Assembly (NCBI GenBank): GCA_051892295.1
Contig: JBJFGB010000009.1
Coordinates: 2,170 to 66,169, forward strand
Source: Faecousia sp.
GTDB taxonomy: Bacteria; Bacillota; Clostridia; Oscillospirales; Oscillospiraceae
DNA: 64,000 bases
Direction: 5' to 3'
Made by a program: the position numbers and the translations under genes. The notes beneath the pieces are model-generated. The model was not told the DNA's origin and made no database searches. It saw only the letters and a program-made list of their open reading frames with translations. Of the stretch, positions 9,456 through 19,145 are shown piece after piece (within the stretch, counting starts at the first letter, position 1; every line of letters starts with the position of its first letter).

Positions 9456-9964
9456 TTTTTCTCTCCCAAGTAAAATTCAAAAATCATCTGATCCTCTGCC
9501 TTGTCCGCGTGCCCGTCCATAAACAGCGTCGGAACGCCGCCCATCTTGCGGTAAAAGCCCTGTGCGGGCAGGTTATGACAGTTGCATTGGCAGAAGAATT
9601 TTTCCAGTCCGCGCGCCTCGCAGACCCTGCGCATATGGTCAAATACACGTCTGCCCAGGCCTTTTCCACGGTACTCCTCAAGAAAATACAGTGCATTCAG
9701 GCATAGCGCAAAGTCCCGATATGCGCCGGCATGGGGCGGCCCGTAATAAAAGTAGCCGACGCAGTTCTCGCCGTCCGTCACAAGGTAGAAATCCTGCTTT
9801 GGATCCTCCATCCACTTGCGGTCGCGGGCGGTATAATAGGCGAGATTATAATTGTCAATCTTCTCGTCGGAATAAATGCCGCGATAGGTTGTTGCCCACA
9901 CCTTCGGTCTTGTCGCCGCCAAAAGCGGAGCATCGTCAGGCGTTGCTTTTCGGAATTCGATCAT
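9452..9964 (-). CDS. GNAT family N-acetyltransferase
   Basis: 170 aa with the acetyl-CoA motif (YRGKGLGRRVF). It has 4-nt overlaps with both era and ybeY. Confidence 0.8.
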   Translation of the reverse strand: MIEFRKATPDDAPLLAATRPKVWATTYRGIYSDEKIDNYNLAYYTARDRKWMEDPKQDFYLVTDGENCVGYFYYGPPHAGAYRDFALCLNALYFLEEYRGKGLGRRVFDHMRRVCEARGLEKFFCQCNCHNLPAQGFYRKMGGVPTLFMDGHADKAEDQMIFEFYLGEKK

Positions 9965-10455
9965 CGCTGCAGCCCCAATTCCGCCGCGATCAGCTCCTCG
10001 CGCGTGCGCATCTGCCGTTTCATCTCCCCCTCGTCCAAGTGGTCATAGCCAAGCAGATGCAAAATCGAATGGATCGTCAAATAGCCGACCTCGCGCTTTA
10101 AGGTATTACCGAAGCGCTTTGACTGATCTCTTGCGCGCTCCAAGGAGATCGCCATGTCTCCCAAGGGAAGCAGTCCCGTCTGCGGGTCGATCAGCACGCC
10201 GACATCAGACGGAAACGCCCCCGGCGTAAAGGAAAACATCGGAAAGGACAGCACATCTGTCGCGCTGTCGATGCTTCTTGTCGTGCGGTTAATGGCGCGG
10301 ATGCCCGCATCGTCCGTCACAAGGACATTGATCTCACAGGGGACCTCCACACCTTCCGCCGCAAGCGCCGCCGAGATGCAACGGTGCAGATGGATGGTCA
10401 GCGCGGGGTTTTTATCCCTCTTCTCGGAATAACGGACATAAATCTGATGCTTCAT
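9961..10455 (-). CDS. ybeY: rRNA maturation RNase YbeY
   Basis: HSILHLLGYDH zinc-binding motif, 164 aa. Confidence 0.95.
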   Translation of the reverse strand: MKHQIYVRYSEKRDKNPALTIHLHRCISAALAAEGVEVPCEINVLVTDDAGIRAINRTTRSIDSATDVLSFPMFSFTPGAFPSDVGVLIDPQTGLLPLGDMAISLERARDQSKRFGNTLKREVGYLTIHSILHLLGYDHLDEGEMKRQMRTREELIAAELGLQR

Positions 10456-11450
10456 CGTTCCTGCTTCCTTCTGTAAACCTTTTTCTGCGCGGGCAGCTCT
10501 TTCTTTTCGCCTGTCTCATAGACGGCGATAATACGCTGCACAAGGGCGTGGCGCACGACATCGCTCGCCGTCAGGCGGCAAATGGCAATGTCCGGAATGT
10601 TTTCCAAAATCCGCACCGCGTCCTTTAAGCCGCTCGTCTTATCACTCGGCAAGTCAATCTGCGTGATATCACCCGTAATGACAATTTTTGAGCCGAAGCC
10701 GAGACGGGTCAGGAACATTTTCATCTGCTCGCGCGTCGTGTTCTGCGCCTCGTCGAGAATAATAAAGCTGTCGTCGAGCGTTCTGCCGCGCATATAGGCA
10801 AGGGGCGCAACCTCAATATTGCCGCGCTCCAAATACTTTTGGTAGGTCTCCGCGCCGAGCATATCATACAGCGCGTCATACAGCGGGCGCAGATAGGGAT
10901 CCACCTTATTTTGCAGATCGCCGGGCAAGAAGCCGAGCCGTTCTCCCGCCTCCACGGCAGGACGGGTCAGAATAATACGGTTGACCGTCTTCGCACGAAA
11001 TGCCGCGACCGCCGCCGCAACGGCAAGATAGGTCTTTCCCGTACCGGCAGGACCGACGCCGATGGTGATGGTGTTCTTCCCAATCGCCTTCATATACCGC
11101 TGCTGCCCGAGGGTCTTTGCCTTAATGGGCTTTCCCTTTGCCGTGATGCAGACAACATCCTTTGCCATTTCGCCAATCTTGTCGTCATTGCCCGAGGAGA
11201 CAAGGTCAATCAAATAGCGCACCTTCTGCTCGTCGATGGGCTCACCTTTGGCGGCAAGCGTCAGTAAACCCTCAATGGCGCGCGCGGCGCGGTCGGCGGC
11301 CTCTTCCTCTCCGCTGACCTTCAGCTCCGTCCCTCGATTGGTGATCTTAACGCCGTAGGTCTGCTCGATGCGTTTGATGTTTTCGTCAAACGAACCGAAC
11401 ACATTGATAATCTGCTCGATTCGTTCGGCATTGATGATTCGTTCACTCAT
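10452..11450 (-). CDS. PhoH-family ATPase
   Basis: Walker A GPAGTGKTYLAV, Walker B IILDEAQN. Start at ATG 11450 (GGAGA RBS) rather than the track start at 11495. Confidence 0.9.
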   Translation of the reverse strand: MSERIINAERIEQIINVFGSFDENIKRIEQTYGVKITNRGTELKVSGEEEAADRAARAIEGLLTLAAKGEPIDEQKVRYLIDLVSSGNDDKIGEMAKDVVCITAKGKPIKAKTLGQQRYMKAIGKNTITIGVGPAGTGKTYLAVAAAVAAFRAKTVNRIILTRPAVEAGERLGFLPGDLQNKVDPYLRPLYDALYDMLGAETYQKYLERGNIEVAPLAYMRGRTLDDSFIILDEAQNTTREQMKMFLTRLGFGSKIVITGDITQIDLPSDKTSGLKDAVRILENIPDIAICRLTASDVVRHALVQRIIAVYETGEKKELPAQKKVYRRKQER

Positions 11451-12639
11451 TGCTTTCTCCTTTGTAAGGCTCCTCGATGGGAACGAGGCGCGCAATCATT
11501 TCGTTGCAGGTGCTTTTCACTTGCAAAACATACAGCCCGCCGCTTTCCAAAAAGCTTTCCTCCATCTGCTCAATCGTTCCGGCAACCATAGCGGCGCGCG
11601 TCTGACGCTGCCACGCCTCCGAAAGTGCGCTATGTGCGGCATCCGCATCAATCGTGACTTCCTTTTCCTCATATTCCCGATAGGTCACCGTCTCGACGGT
11701 TACGGGAAAAGTATAACCTGCAAGCGTAATTTTCTTTACGTCTATCATTTTATCACAACTGCCCATGTAAATTCCACTGTTTCCGCATAAATTTATTCTT
11801 TTTCTTCCGACGATCAGCGAAATTTGCGTCCATTCTCTGCCCGTATAGCTTTTTTCGGTACGCTGCGCTGGCATAACGACCGTTCCGTTGTGCCACGTCT
11901 GCCCATAAATTTCCGCATCCGCGCAGACGGCGCGCAGATAAAGACCGTAATCCTCATAGCCGGAGACGAGAATTTGCCCCTCCTTGACCGCGTCGCCCCG
12001 CTTACACAGGCGCATCCCTTCCAAAATACGGTAATCCGTAATGACTCCGTCACGCAGGGCGACAATCGACCCTGCTGCATAGGGCGGCTTTTCGGAGGAG
12101 GCAACGCTGCGTTCCGTTACGAGGACAGTCAGCTTCCCACCCGTCCGATTGACGGCAAGCCAGGAAAGCTCCGGCACGCGGTTGAGCATCTGCGCTCTTG
12201 TCATCTGGGAATCCACCGAGGGTGCCCATGTGCCGAAACGGATTCCAAGCTCCTCCAGTTGGCGCAGAACGGTTTCCTCATGTACCGTCTCCGCCCCTTC
12301 GACGGTGATTACCCAAACAAAGGACTGTAAGAAAAAGGTCAGACCTATCACAGCCGCCGCGCCGAACGCCAAAATCGGACGTGCGCGAAGGGGTCTGAGC
12401 GTTCGCAGAAGTCCGCGTTCGCGCAGGATCTCCACGGTACAAAAGCTGCGCACGGCAAGCGCTTCCAGCCTTTTTTTCTCTTTCGACAGCATGGAAAGCT
12501 CTATTCGCAGCTCGTCCTTGCGGCACAAATCCCAAAACTCGATTCCTTCCTCCGCAAACAGATTGAAACACCGTTCCACATATGCGCCGGAAATGCTGAC
12601 GCGGATCTCTCCGCGCAAAAAACGAATGACAGGGTTCAT
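11443..12639 (-). CDS. yqfD: sporulation protein YqfD
   Basis: About 398 aa. N-terminus MNPVIRFLRGEIRVSISGAYVERCFNL, one central TM segment, and position directly downstream of yqfC as in Bacillus. Start at ATG 12639 (GGAGTGA RBS). Confidence 0.85.
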   Translation of the reverse strand: MNPVIRFLRGEIRVSISGAYVERCFNLFAEEGIEFWDLCRKDELRIELSMLSKEKKRLEALAVRSFCTVEILRERGLLRTLRPLRARPILAFGAAAVIGLTFFLQSFVWVITVEGAETVHEETVLRQLEELGIRFGTWAPSVDSQMTRAQMLNRVPELSWLAVNRTGGKLTVLVTERSVASSEKPPYAAGSIVALRDGVITDYRILEGMRLCKRGDAVKEGQILVSGYEDYGLYLRAVCADAEIYGQTWHNGTVVMPAQRTEKSYTGREWTQISLIVGRKRINLCGNSGIYMGSCDKMIDVKKITLAGYTFPVTVETVTYREYEEKEVTIDADAAHSALSEAWQRQTRAAMVAGTIEQMEESFLESGGLYVLQVKSTCNEMIARLVPIEEPYKGESNE

Positions 12640-12644
12640 AGGCT

Positions 12645-12920
12645 TCACTCCAATTCCACCGCGCGGATTGTTCCGCAAATTTCCAACGTGTCTTTACTCA
12701 TGCTGACAATGGAAAGCCCAAAGCCGACAACACGAATACTTCCGTGCTTCACGGCTACCTGAACAAGCGTATCCTCATATTGCGTAACGCCGCGATGGTT
12801 CTCAATACAGAGCCGCCTTTTACCCCGAAGTATCACAAAAGGCGTCTCACTCAGCGTCTCAGCCGGAATCGCCAGCTTGTCGCTGACCGTGTTCGTGAAA
12901 TGCTTCTTCATTTTGCTCAC
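12645..12920 (-). CDS. yqfC: sporulation protein YqfC
   Basis: About 90 aa with the IENHRG motif, upstream of yqfD. The track start is GTG 12920; ATG 12911 is an alternative. Confidence 0.85.
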   Translation of the reverse strand: MSKMKKHFTNTVSDKLAIPAETLSETPFVILRGKRRLCIENHRGVTQYEDTLVQVAVKHGSIRVVGFGLSIVSMSKDTLEICGTIRAVELE

Positions 12921-12987
12921 CTGCCTGCAAACATTCTATGCGGAAGGAGTTCATTCTTTCCTTCTTGCGCATATATTCAAACAGGTG

Positions 12988-14028
12988 ATGCTTGTGAAAC
13001 GTAATCTTCGCTATCTTCTTCCGGCGCTCGGCATTGCTGCGCTCCTATGCTTCTCCTCGGAGGCTGCGGATGCCGTCAGGGAGGGCTTGCGTATTTGCGG
13101 CACGTCGGTCATTCCGGCGCTTTTTCCTTTTTTTGTCCTGACAAATTACTTTCTCGGTATTCGTTCCGCGCGGCAGCCCTCCCGTATGGCAGACTGGCTG
13201 ATGTCCGCCTGTTTCGGCTTGCGCGGAAACTGTCTGACACCGCTGCTGTTGAGCTTTATGGGTGGCTATCCGGTGGGTGTCTCCTGCACCGTGCGCCTGT
13301 ATCAAGACGGCGTTCTTACCAGGCGCGAGGCAGAACGCCTGCTGCTGTTTTGCAACAATTCAGGGCCCGCGTTCTTTTTCGGCGTGATTGGCGGTACGGT
13401 GCTTCACAGCGTCAGAGCGGGCGCGCTGCTCTATCTTGCGCATATCCTTGCCGCGCTTTGTTGCGGGGCATTTCTGCGTATGCCGGAAAAGGAACGCTTG
13501 ACAATTCGCCGCGTAGAGCCGAAGCAAACGCAGCAACGCGGTTTTTTGGATGCAATCTCCGCCTCCTGCGCCTCTCTCCTGCAAATCAGCGGGTTGATTG
13601 TCTTCTTTTCCGTTGTGCTCGCGCTGATTGAGGCAATCGGACTTCTGGGACTTTTCCAAAGGATATTTCCCTTTCTGCCTGCGCAGACCCTTAGCGCGAT
13701 GCTCTGCGGCTTTTTTGAGCTGTCCGGCGGTGTTGTGCGTCTTAGCTCGTGCGCGCACGCGGAGGAGCTTGCCGCTTTTTTGATGGGCTGGGGCGGTATC
13801 TGCGTGCATCTGCAAGCCATGAGCTTTTGGAAGCCCGCACATCTGCAGCCGAGGGGCTACCTTGCTTCCAAGCTCCTGCACGGGCTGCTCTCGGTACTAT
13901 TCGTTCGACTGTTTCTCTCCCCCACACCGACGCTTGCCGTTTGCGTCAGCATCATCATGGCATTAGGTATCTTTTTCCCGCAAATTCGTCAAAAATGGGG
14001 TAGAAATCTTCAGCGAAATACTGTATAA
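12988..14028 (+). CDS. ylbJ: sporulation integral membrane protein YlbJ (nucleoside-recognition-type membrane protein)
   Basis: Polytopic membrane protein with an N-terminus like YlbJ (EGLRICGTSVIPALFPFFVL). Start set at ATG 12988; the track's 37-codon extension overlaps yqfC. Confidence 0.75.
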   Translation: MLVKRNLRYLLPALGIAALLCFSSEAADAVREGLRICGTSVIPALFPFFVLTNYFLGIRSARQPSRMADWLMSACFGLRGNCLTPLLLSFMGGYPVGVSCTVRLYQDGVLTRREAERLLLFCNNSGPAFFFGVIGGTVLHSVRAGALLYLAHILAALCCGAFLRMPEKERLTIRRVEPKQTQQRGFLDAISASCASLLQISGLIVFFSVVLALIEAIGLLGLFQRIFPFLPAQTLSAMLCGFFELSGGVVRLSSCAHAEELAAFLMGWGGICVHLQAMSFWKPAHLQPRGYLASKLLHGLLSVLFVRLFLSPTPTLAVCVSIIMALGIFFPQIRQKWGRNLQRNTV

Positions 14029-14049
14029 TTATCAATGAGGTGAAAAGCC

Positions 14050-14259
14050 ATGCTGTTTCGCAAGAAAATTGACCGATTCTGCTCCTATTGCGTTCACGCG
14101 GGAAAGATTGACGAGACCACCTATCTCTGCGCAAAAAAAGGCATCGTTTCCTCCTGTCACCGCTGCCGCAAATTCAAATATGACCCGCTGAAGCGCATTC
14201 CCACACGCATGAAACCCAAGGATTTCACCAAATGTGACGATTTGGATTTTTCCCTATAG
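14050..14259 (+). CDS. small Cys4 (CxxC..CxxC) zinc-ribbon-like protein, uncharacterised
   Basis: 69 aa, CSYC...CHRC, basic. Preceded by GAGGTGA RBS and followed directly by a strong terminator. Confidence 0.5.
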   Translation: MLFRKKIDRFCSYCVHAGKIDETTYLCAKKGIVSSCHRCRKFKYDPLKRIPTRMKPKDFTKCDDLDFSL

Positions 14260-14261
14260 GC

Positions 14262-14308
14262 AAAAGGTTCCGATTTCCACAATCCGCATGGAAATCGGAA
14301 CCTTTTTT
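14262..14308. terminator. bidirectional intrinsic terminator
   Basis: AAAAGGTTCCGATTTCC..GGAAATCGGAACCTTTTTT, a 17-bp stem flanked by A- and T-tracts, between convergent genes. Confidence 0.85.
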
Positions 14309-14330
14309 CGCGGCTGCATCAGACGGGCGC

Positions 14331-15194
14331 TTACGGAAGCAGCATAATCAGCGTGCCGGACACGATGGCGACAAGCCCGAGGGCTGATTTTTTTGACAGA
14401 CGTTCATGAAACACAAAGTAGGAAAACGCCACCGTCACCAAAATACTGAGCTTATCAATAGGCACAACAACGCCTGCAAGTCCGTCCTGCAGCGCCTTAT
14501 AATAGCAGAGCCACGAGGCGCCGGTGGCAAGACCGGAAAGGCAAATAAAACCAAGCTCCTTTTTGGAAATCGTCTTGATGGTTCGCTGCTTTCCCGTCAC
14601 AAGCACCATGATCCATGCCATAACTAAGACGACACCGGTGCGAATCGCAGTGCCCAAGTTAGACTCCACGCCGGAAATACCCACCTTCCCGAGGATCGCC
14701 GTAAGACTTGCGAACACGGCAGAGCCGATTGCATAGATCAGCCAGTTTCCTTTTTTGCTCTCTTTGGGCACAGCATCCTTCTTCTCTATCATCAGGAAGG
14801 TTCCGACGCCGAGGAGCAAAACGCCTACCGCCTTCGGAAGCGTCATCTTTTCATGCAGGAAAATGGTTGCCAGCAGGACGGTCAGAACCGTGCTGGATTT
14901 GTCAATCGGAACGACTTTATTGATGTTGCCAAGCTGCAGCGCTTTGAAATAACAAAGCCAAGACGCTCCGGTAGCCAAGCCCGAAAGAATCAGGAAAAGC
15001 AATGTCTTCCACTCAATGGCAGCAATCTGCTTCTGCGACCCGACAACAAATACCATGATCCACGAAAAAATCAGCACTACAACCGTGCGGATTGCCGTTG
15101 CGACCGTAGAATCGGTTTTTCGTATTCCGCACTTTGCCAGCACTGAGGTAATTCCCGCAAAAATCGCAGAGCCAAAGGCAAATAAGATCCACAT
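14331..15194 (-). CDS. EamA/DMT-family transporter (two EamA repeats, 10 TM)
   Basis: Internal duplication (..GASWLCYFKALQLG.. and ..GASWLCYYKALQDG..). Start at ATG 15194 (AAGGAGAG RBS). Confidence 0.85.
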   Translation of the reverse strand: MWILFAFGSAIFAGITSVLAKCGIRKTDSTVATAIRTVVVLIFSWIMVFVVGSQKQIAAIEWKTLLFLILSGLATGASWLCYFKALQLGNINKVVPIDKSSTVLTVLLATIFLHEKMTLPKAVGVLLLGVGTFLMIEKKDAVPKESKKGNWLIYAIGSAVFASLTAILGKVGISGVESNLGTAIRTGVVLVMAWIMVLVTGKQRTIKTISKKELGFICLSGLATGASWLCYYKALQDGLAGVVVPIDKLSILVTVAFSYFVFHERLSKKSALGLVAIVSGTLIMLLP

Positions 15195-15285
15195 TCTTTT
15201 CTCTCTCCTTGCGCTGAAGTCTCTTCCGTGGTCTTTTCGAAAACATTGTAGCACACGACACAGGAAGCGTCAATCTCCCTTGAAA

Positions 15286-15325
15286 GCTCCCGCGCAAAAT
15301 GCAGGTTTGCATTTTGCGCGGGAGC
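15286..15325 (-). terminator. stem-loop ending the sugar-ABC operon
   Basis: GCTCCCGCGCAAAATGCA..TGCATTTTGCGCGGGAGC perfect long stem 58 nt downstream of the permease stop. The U-tract is weak. Confidence 0.55.
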
Positions 15326-15382
15326 CTATCATACAATCTATATTCGAAAAGGGATTGCTTCAGATTGCGCTTTGCAGAAGGC

Positions 15383-16396
15383 TCAAGCCTTCTTGCGGGT
15401 CTTGATCATATCCATCGCGACTGCGGCAATGATGAGAATACCGGTGATAACCTCAAGGATGTAGTCACTGATCTCAATGCCGAACGGACGGGACTTGCCG
15501 GCGTTCTCAATGACAGCCATCAGCAGCGTGCCGATGAAAGTGCCGGTGATCGCGCCGCGACCGCCTGCCAGAGACGCACCGCCGATAACGGCAGCGGCAA
15601 TGGCGTTCATGTCATAGCCTTCGCCGGTGTTGGGCATTGCGCGGAGGATACGTCCGGCGAACATCATCGCGGCGACACCGTAGATGAGGCCCGCAACGGA
15701 ATAGACCATATAGAAGGTCTTGCGAACCTTAATACCGGACAGACGTGCAACCTCGATACCGGAGCCGATGACGAAGAGGTCACGGCCGAAAACGGTATAG
15801 CGCAGCACAAGGAATGCAATGATAGCAACCACAATCCAGATACAGGCGAGGATCGGCAGGATACCGACGACATTGTAGTCACCGATCTTTTCAAAGAGCT
15901 TGATAAAGGTCTTGCCGTCCGCCTCAAAGAAGGAAACGGAGTTGCCGGAGCAGGCAAGCTTCAAAATACCGCGGTAGATGGTTTGCGTACCGAGGGTCGC
16001 GATCATCGCAGGCACATTCAGGTCGAAGATGATAACGCCGTTGATAAAGCCGCAAACGATACAAACGACAAAGTTCAGAAGAATCGCAATCCAAACCGGC
16101 TGACCCGCGCGGATCATCAGCGCCATGGTCATGCAGCCGAGACCGGCAATCGCGCCGCCGGAAATGTCGATGCCGCCGGTGATGATGATAAGCGTCTGTG
16201 CCACTGCCAGAACGCCGACAATCGCGCCCTGTTTTGTGAGGTTCATAAGGTTGTACTTCGTTGAGAAGGTATCCGAGCCAAAGAACGCCAGCAGGAACAG
16301 CGCGATGACGACAAGACCGATGGTAAACTCCGAACGCTTTACCATACGTGTGAGCAGGCTTGAGGTTTTTGTCTTAGTCTTAGTAGTAGTGTTCAT
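15383..16396 (-). CDS. sugar ABC transporter permease (RbsC/AraH family)
   Basis: 337 aa, about 10 TM, branched-chain/ribose-type permease signature region (GGIDISGGAI). Confidence 0.85.
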   Translation of the reverse strand: MNTTTKTKTKTSSLLTRMVKRSEFTIGLVVIALFLLAFFGSDTFSTKYNLMNLTKQGAIVGVLAVAQTLIIITGGIDISGGAIAGLGCMTMALMIRAGQPVWIAILLNFVVCIVCGFINGVIIFDLNVPAMIATLGTQTIYRGILKLACSGNSVSFFEADGKTFIKLFEKIGDYNVVGILPILACIWIVVAIIAFLVLRYTVFGRDLFVIGSGIEVARLSGIKVRKTFYMVYSVAGLIYGVAAMMFAGRILRAMPNTGEGYDMNAIAAAVIGGASLAGGRGAITGTFIGTLLMAVIENAGKSRPFGIEISDYILEVITGILIIAAVAMDMIKTRKKA

Positions 16397-16410
16397 AGTA
16401 ATCTCTCCTC

Positions 16411-17919
16411 TTAATCTTCAATGGATGCCATACGCAGAACATCCTCTTCGGTGAGGGTTTTCAGTGCTTCCTTATCATACTCTGCGGTAATCTTGCCCTG
16501 CGCCATCACGATCAGGCGGTCAGACAAGCCCATAACCTCAGGCAAATAAGACGAAATCAGAATCACGCCGCGTCCCTGCGCCGTTAAGCCCTCAATCAGC
16601 TTAAAGATTTCCTGCTTCGCGCCGACGTCAATACCGACAGTCGGTTCGTCAAAGATCAGAATCTCGGGATCGCGGCAGAGCAGCTTTGCGATAACCACCT
16701 TCTGCTGGTTGCCGCCGGAGAGATTGCCGACAAGCTGAGAAATCGAAGGTGTTTTCACGTTCACATTTTTAGAATATTCCTGCGCGCGCTTGCTTTCCTT
16801 GCGCAGGTTTACAAAGCCGCCGGTGCTGATCATATCATACGAGCTCATGTTGACATTGGTCTTGATATCCAATTTCAGCGCGCACCCGTCCGCACGGCGG
16901 TCTTCGGTCAGGAAACCGATGCCGCTGTGCAAAGCATCCGTGGGATTCTTGATATTTGCCTTCTTCCCACGCAGATAAACATCGCCGGTCAGTCGCTTCT
17001 CCACGCCGGTCAGGGCGCGCATGATCTCGCTTCTGCCTGCACCGACCAATCCGAAGAAGCCCAAAATCTCACCCTGATGCAGGCTGAAATTTATGTTCTT
17101 AAAGTGCGTTGTGTCGGAGAAGTTCTCCACACGGAGCAGCTCCTCACCCGGCTCAAAATGCTCGATGTTGTAAATATCAGTCGCCGGACGACCGACCATT
17201 TTTTGAATCAGGGAATCCTTTGTGACCGATTCAATCGGCAGTGTGTCGACATAGGTGCCGTCCTTCAGAATCGTAACGCTGTCGCAGATCTGCATAATCT
17301 CCTCCAAGCGATGAGAAATGTAGATAATGCTGACACCGCGCGCCTTCAGCTCCGCAATGAAGCGGAACAGTATATCAACCTTTTCGTTTTCCAGAAGAGC
17401 CGTCGGCTCGTCAAAGATCACGATACGGATATCTTCGTTTACAGAAATTTTGCTGATTGTGACCATCGCCTGCATTGCGATGGGCAGCTCTCGAATCTTT
17501 TCCAGCGGGTCTACACCCATTTCAAATTTATCAATGATCTTTTTGCTGTCTTGCGCCATTTTCTTCCAGTCTACCATACCCAACGCATTTTTGGGCTGAC
17601 GACCGAGGAAATAATTCTCTGCGATGCTGAGATCGGGCGCAATGTTGACGTGCTGGTAGTTTGCAAATACGCCATGCGCCTGCGCTTCCACGGCGCTGTT
17701 ATTCACAACCCACTCGCCGTTATAATTCATGCTGATTTTACCCTGATTCGGTTTCTCTACACCCATGATACACTTGATCAGAGTGGATTTGCCGGCGCCG
17801 TTCTCCCCGACCAATGCACGAACCTCTCCCTTTTGCAAGGTGAAGCTCACATCATTCAGTGCGGTAACGCCGGGATAGAACTTGCTGACATGTTCTATTT
17901 TTAAGATGGTATCCTGCAT
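16411..17919 (-). CDS. sugar ABC transporter ATP-binding protein (duplicated ATPase, RbsA/MglA type)
   Basis: Two nucleotide-binding domains (GENGAGKST; LSGGNQQK). Start at ATG 17919 (MQDTILKIEHVSKFY). Confidence 0.9.
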   Translation of the reverse strand: MQDTILKIEHVSKFYPGVTALNDVSFTLQKGEVRALVGENGAGKSTLIKCIMGVEKPNQGKISMNYNGEWVVNNSAVEAQAHGVFANYQHVNIAPDLSIAENYFLGRQPKNALGMVDWKKMAQDSKKIIDKFEMGVDPLEKIRELPIAMQAMVTISKISVNEDIRIVIFDEPTALLENEKVDILFRFIAELKARGVSIIYISHRLEEIMQICDSVTILKDGTYVDTLPIESVTKDSLIQKMVGRPATDIYNIEHFEPGEELLRVENFSDTTHFKNINFSLHQGEILGFFGLVGAGRSEIMRALTGVEKRLTGDVYLRGKKANIKNPTDALHSGIGFLTEDRRADGCALKLDIKTNVNMSSYDMISTGGFVNLRKESKRAQEYSKNVNVKTPSISQLVGNLSGGNQQKVVIAKLLCRDPEILIFDEPTVGIDVGAKQEIFKLIEGLTAQGRGVILISSYLPEVMGLSDRLIVMAQGKITAEYDKEALKTLTEEDVLRMASIED

Positions 17920-18014
17920 TGCTACACCCTCATTCTCTTTTGGCTGGGTCGTTGCGGTCAACCCTGACCGCAACGACCCTTTTGTTTGGTTCAAAACTTT
18001 AATTCAGACGAAAA

Positions 18015-19067
18015 TTACTTGACATACGGGGACATCATGAACTGGATCTCTTCGCTGTCGATGTTGTCGGCAGTGACGATGACGGGCGGGATGTTGAACT
18101 GCTGCTCAGCCTCGGGGTTCTTGCCCTCGGTGAGGGTGAGGATGGCGTTCTCCATGGTTCTGTAGCCCTGGGTGAAAGCGTCCTGCACGATGATAGCAGA
18201 CAGATAGCCGTCCTTCAATGCAGCAATCTCGATGTCGTCGGAGTCAACACCGACGGAGACAACGCCGTCCTTCATGTCAGCGTTACGGAGCGCAGCGCAA
18301 ACGCCGTCGCAGGTAACGTTGTTGCCGGCATAGATGCCGATGAGTTCGGAGCCGTAAGTGGAAATGGTACCTTCGGCGTCAGCCTGCGCGTCGGCGGAGT
18401 CGTTGCCGTTGTACTGGATGTCGGTCAGCGTCAAACCGGGAGCGTTCGCAGCCATGTAATCCGCGAAGCCCTGCATTCTGAAGTCGAGCGCAGCGTTTTC
18501 CATGTTCATCTGCATGCCGATGACGCCGGCGTCAGTGGAGAGACCTTCCTTCTCCATCGCGGCAAGGAACGCCTCAGCAGCCATCTCGCCGATGGTGGTG
18601 TTGGAGCAGTAGTAGAACTCGTTGTAGTATTCGGCATAAGCGCCGTCGTTGCCGTTGCCGAGACCGCAGTTGACGAAGTTCAGAACAATACCTGCGTCAT
18701 GTGCTTCTTTTGCCTTGGGGACGGTCGGGTCGATGTTCAGGGTTGCGGTGAGGATGGCATCGGGCTTCGCGGCAATCGCGTTCTCGAAAGCCTTGACATA
18801 GCCTTCAGCGTCAGCTTCCTGCGCGGGGCCCATGACGGAATAGTCGATCTTGATGCCGAGCTTTGCTTCGTAGTCCTTGGTAGCCTGCTTGATGCCGGTT
18901 TCAACCTGAGACCAGAAGTCGGATGCGGTGGACGGGGTAACATAGATGATCTTGTAGGTCTTTGCGCCGTCGTTACCTTCGGCGGGTTTGTCCTCATCGC
19001 CTGCGCAGCCTGCGAACAGAGCGGCGACCATGACGAGGGCAAGGATCAATGCGAGTACCTTTTTCAT
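18015..19067 (-). CDS. sugar ABC transporter substrate-binding lipoprotein (RbsB-like, periplasmic binding protein type 1)
   Basis: Lipobox LFAGC after the signal peptide; type-1 PBP fold sequence features. Confidence 0.85.
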   Translation of the reverse strand: MKKVLALILALVMVAALFAGCAGDEDKPAEGNDGAKTYKIIYVTPSTASDFWSQVETGIKQATKDYEAKLGIKIDYSVMGPAQEADAEGYVKAFENAIAAKPDAILTATLNIDPTVPKAKEAHDAGIVLNFVNCGLGNGNDGAYAEYYNEFYYCSNTTIGEMAAEAFLAAMEKEGLSTDAGVIGMQMNMENAALDFRMQGFADYMAANAPGLTLTDIQYNGNDSADAQADAEGTISTYGSELIGIYAGNNVTCDGVCAALRNADMKDGVVSVGVDSDDIEIAALKDGYLSAIIVQDAFTQGYRTMENAILTLTEGKNPEAEQQFNIPPVIVTADNIDSEEIQFMMSPYVK

Positions 19068-19145
19068 TGTTTTTCCTCCTAAATTCCTATATTAGATTTG
19101 CGATGTGCAAAGACATCCGTAAGTAAGCGGAGCCGCGCTCCGGGA

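Noticed and set aside
16365-16396. GTCTTAGTCTTAGTAGTAGT short tandem repeat encoding TKTKTKT at the 5' end of the permease gene, as a possible phase-variation tract
   Set aside because: There are only two to three in-frame hexamer units. That is too short to be a credible contingency locus.
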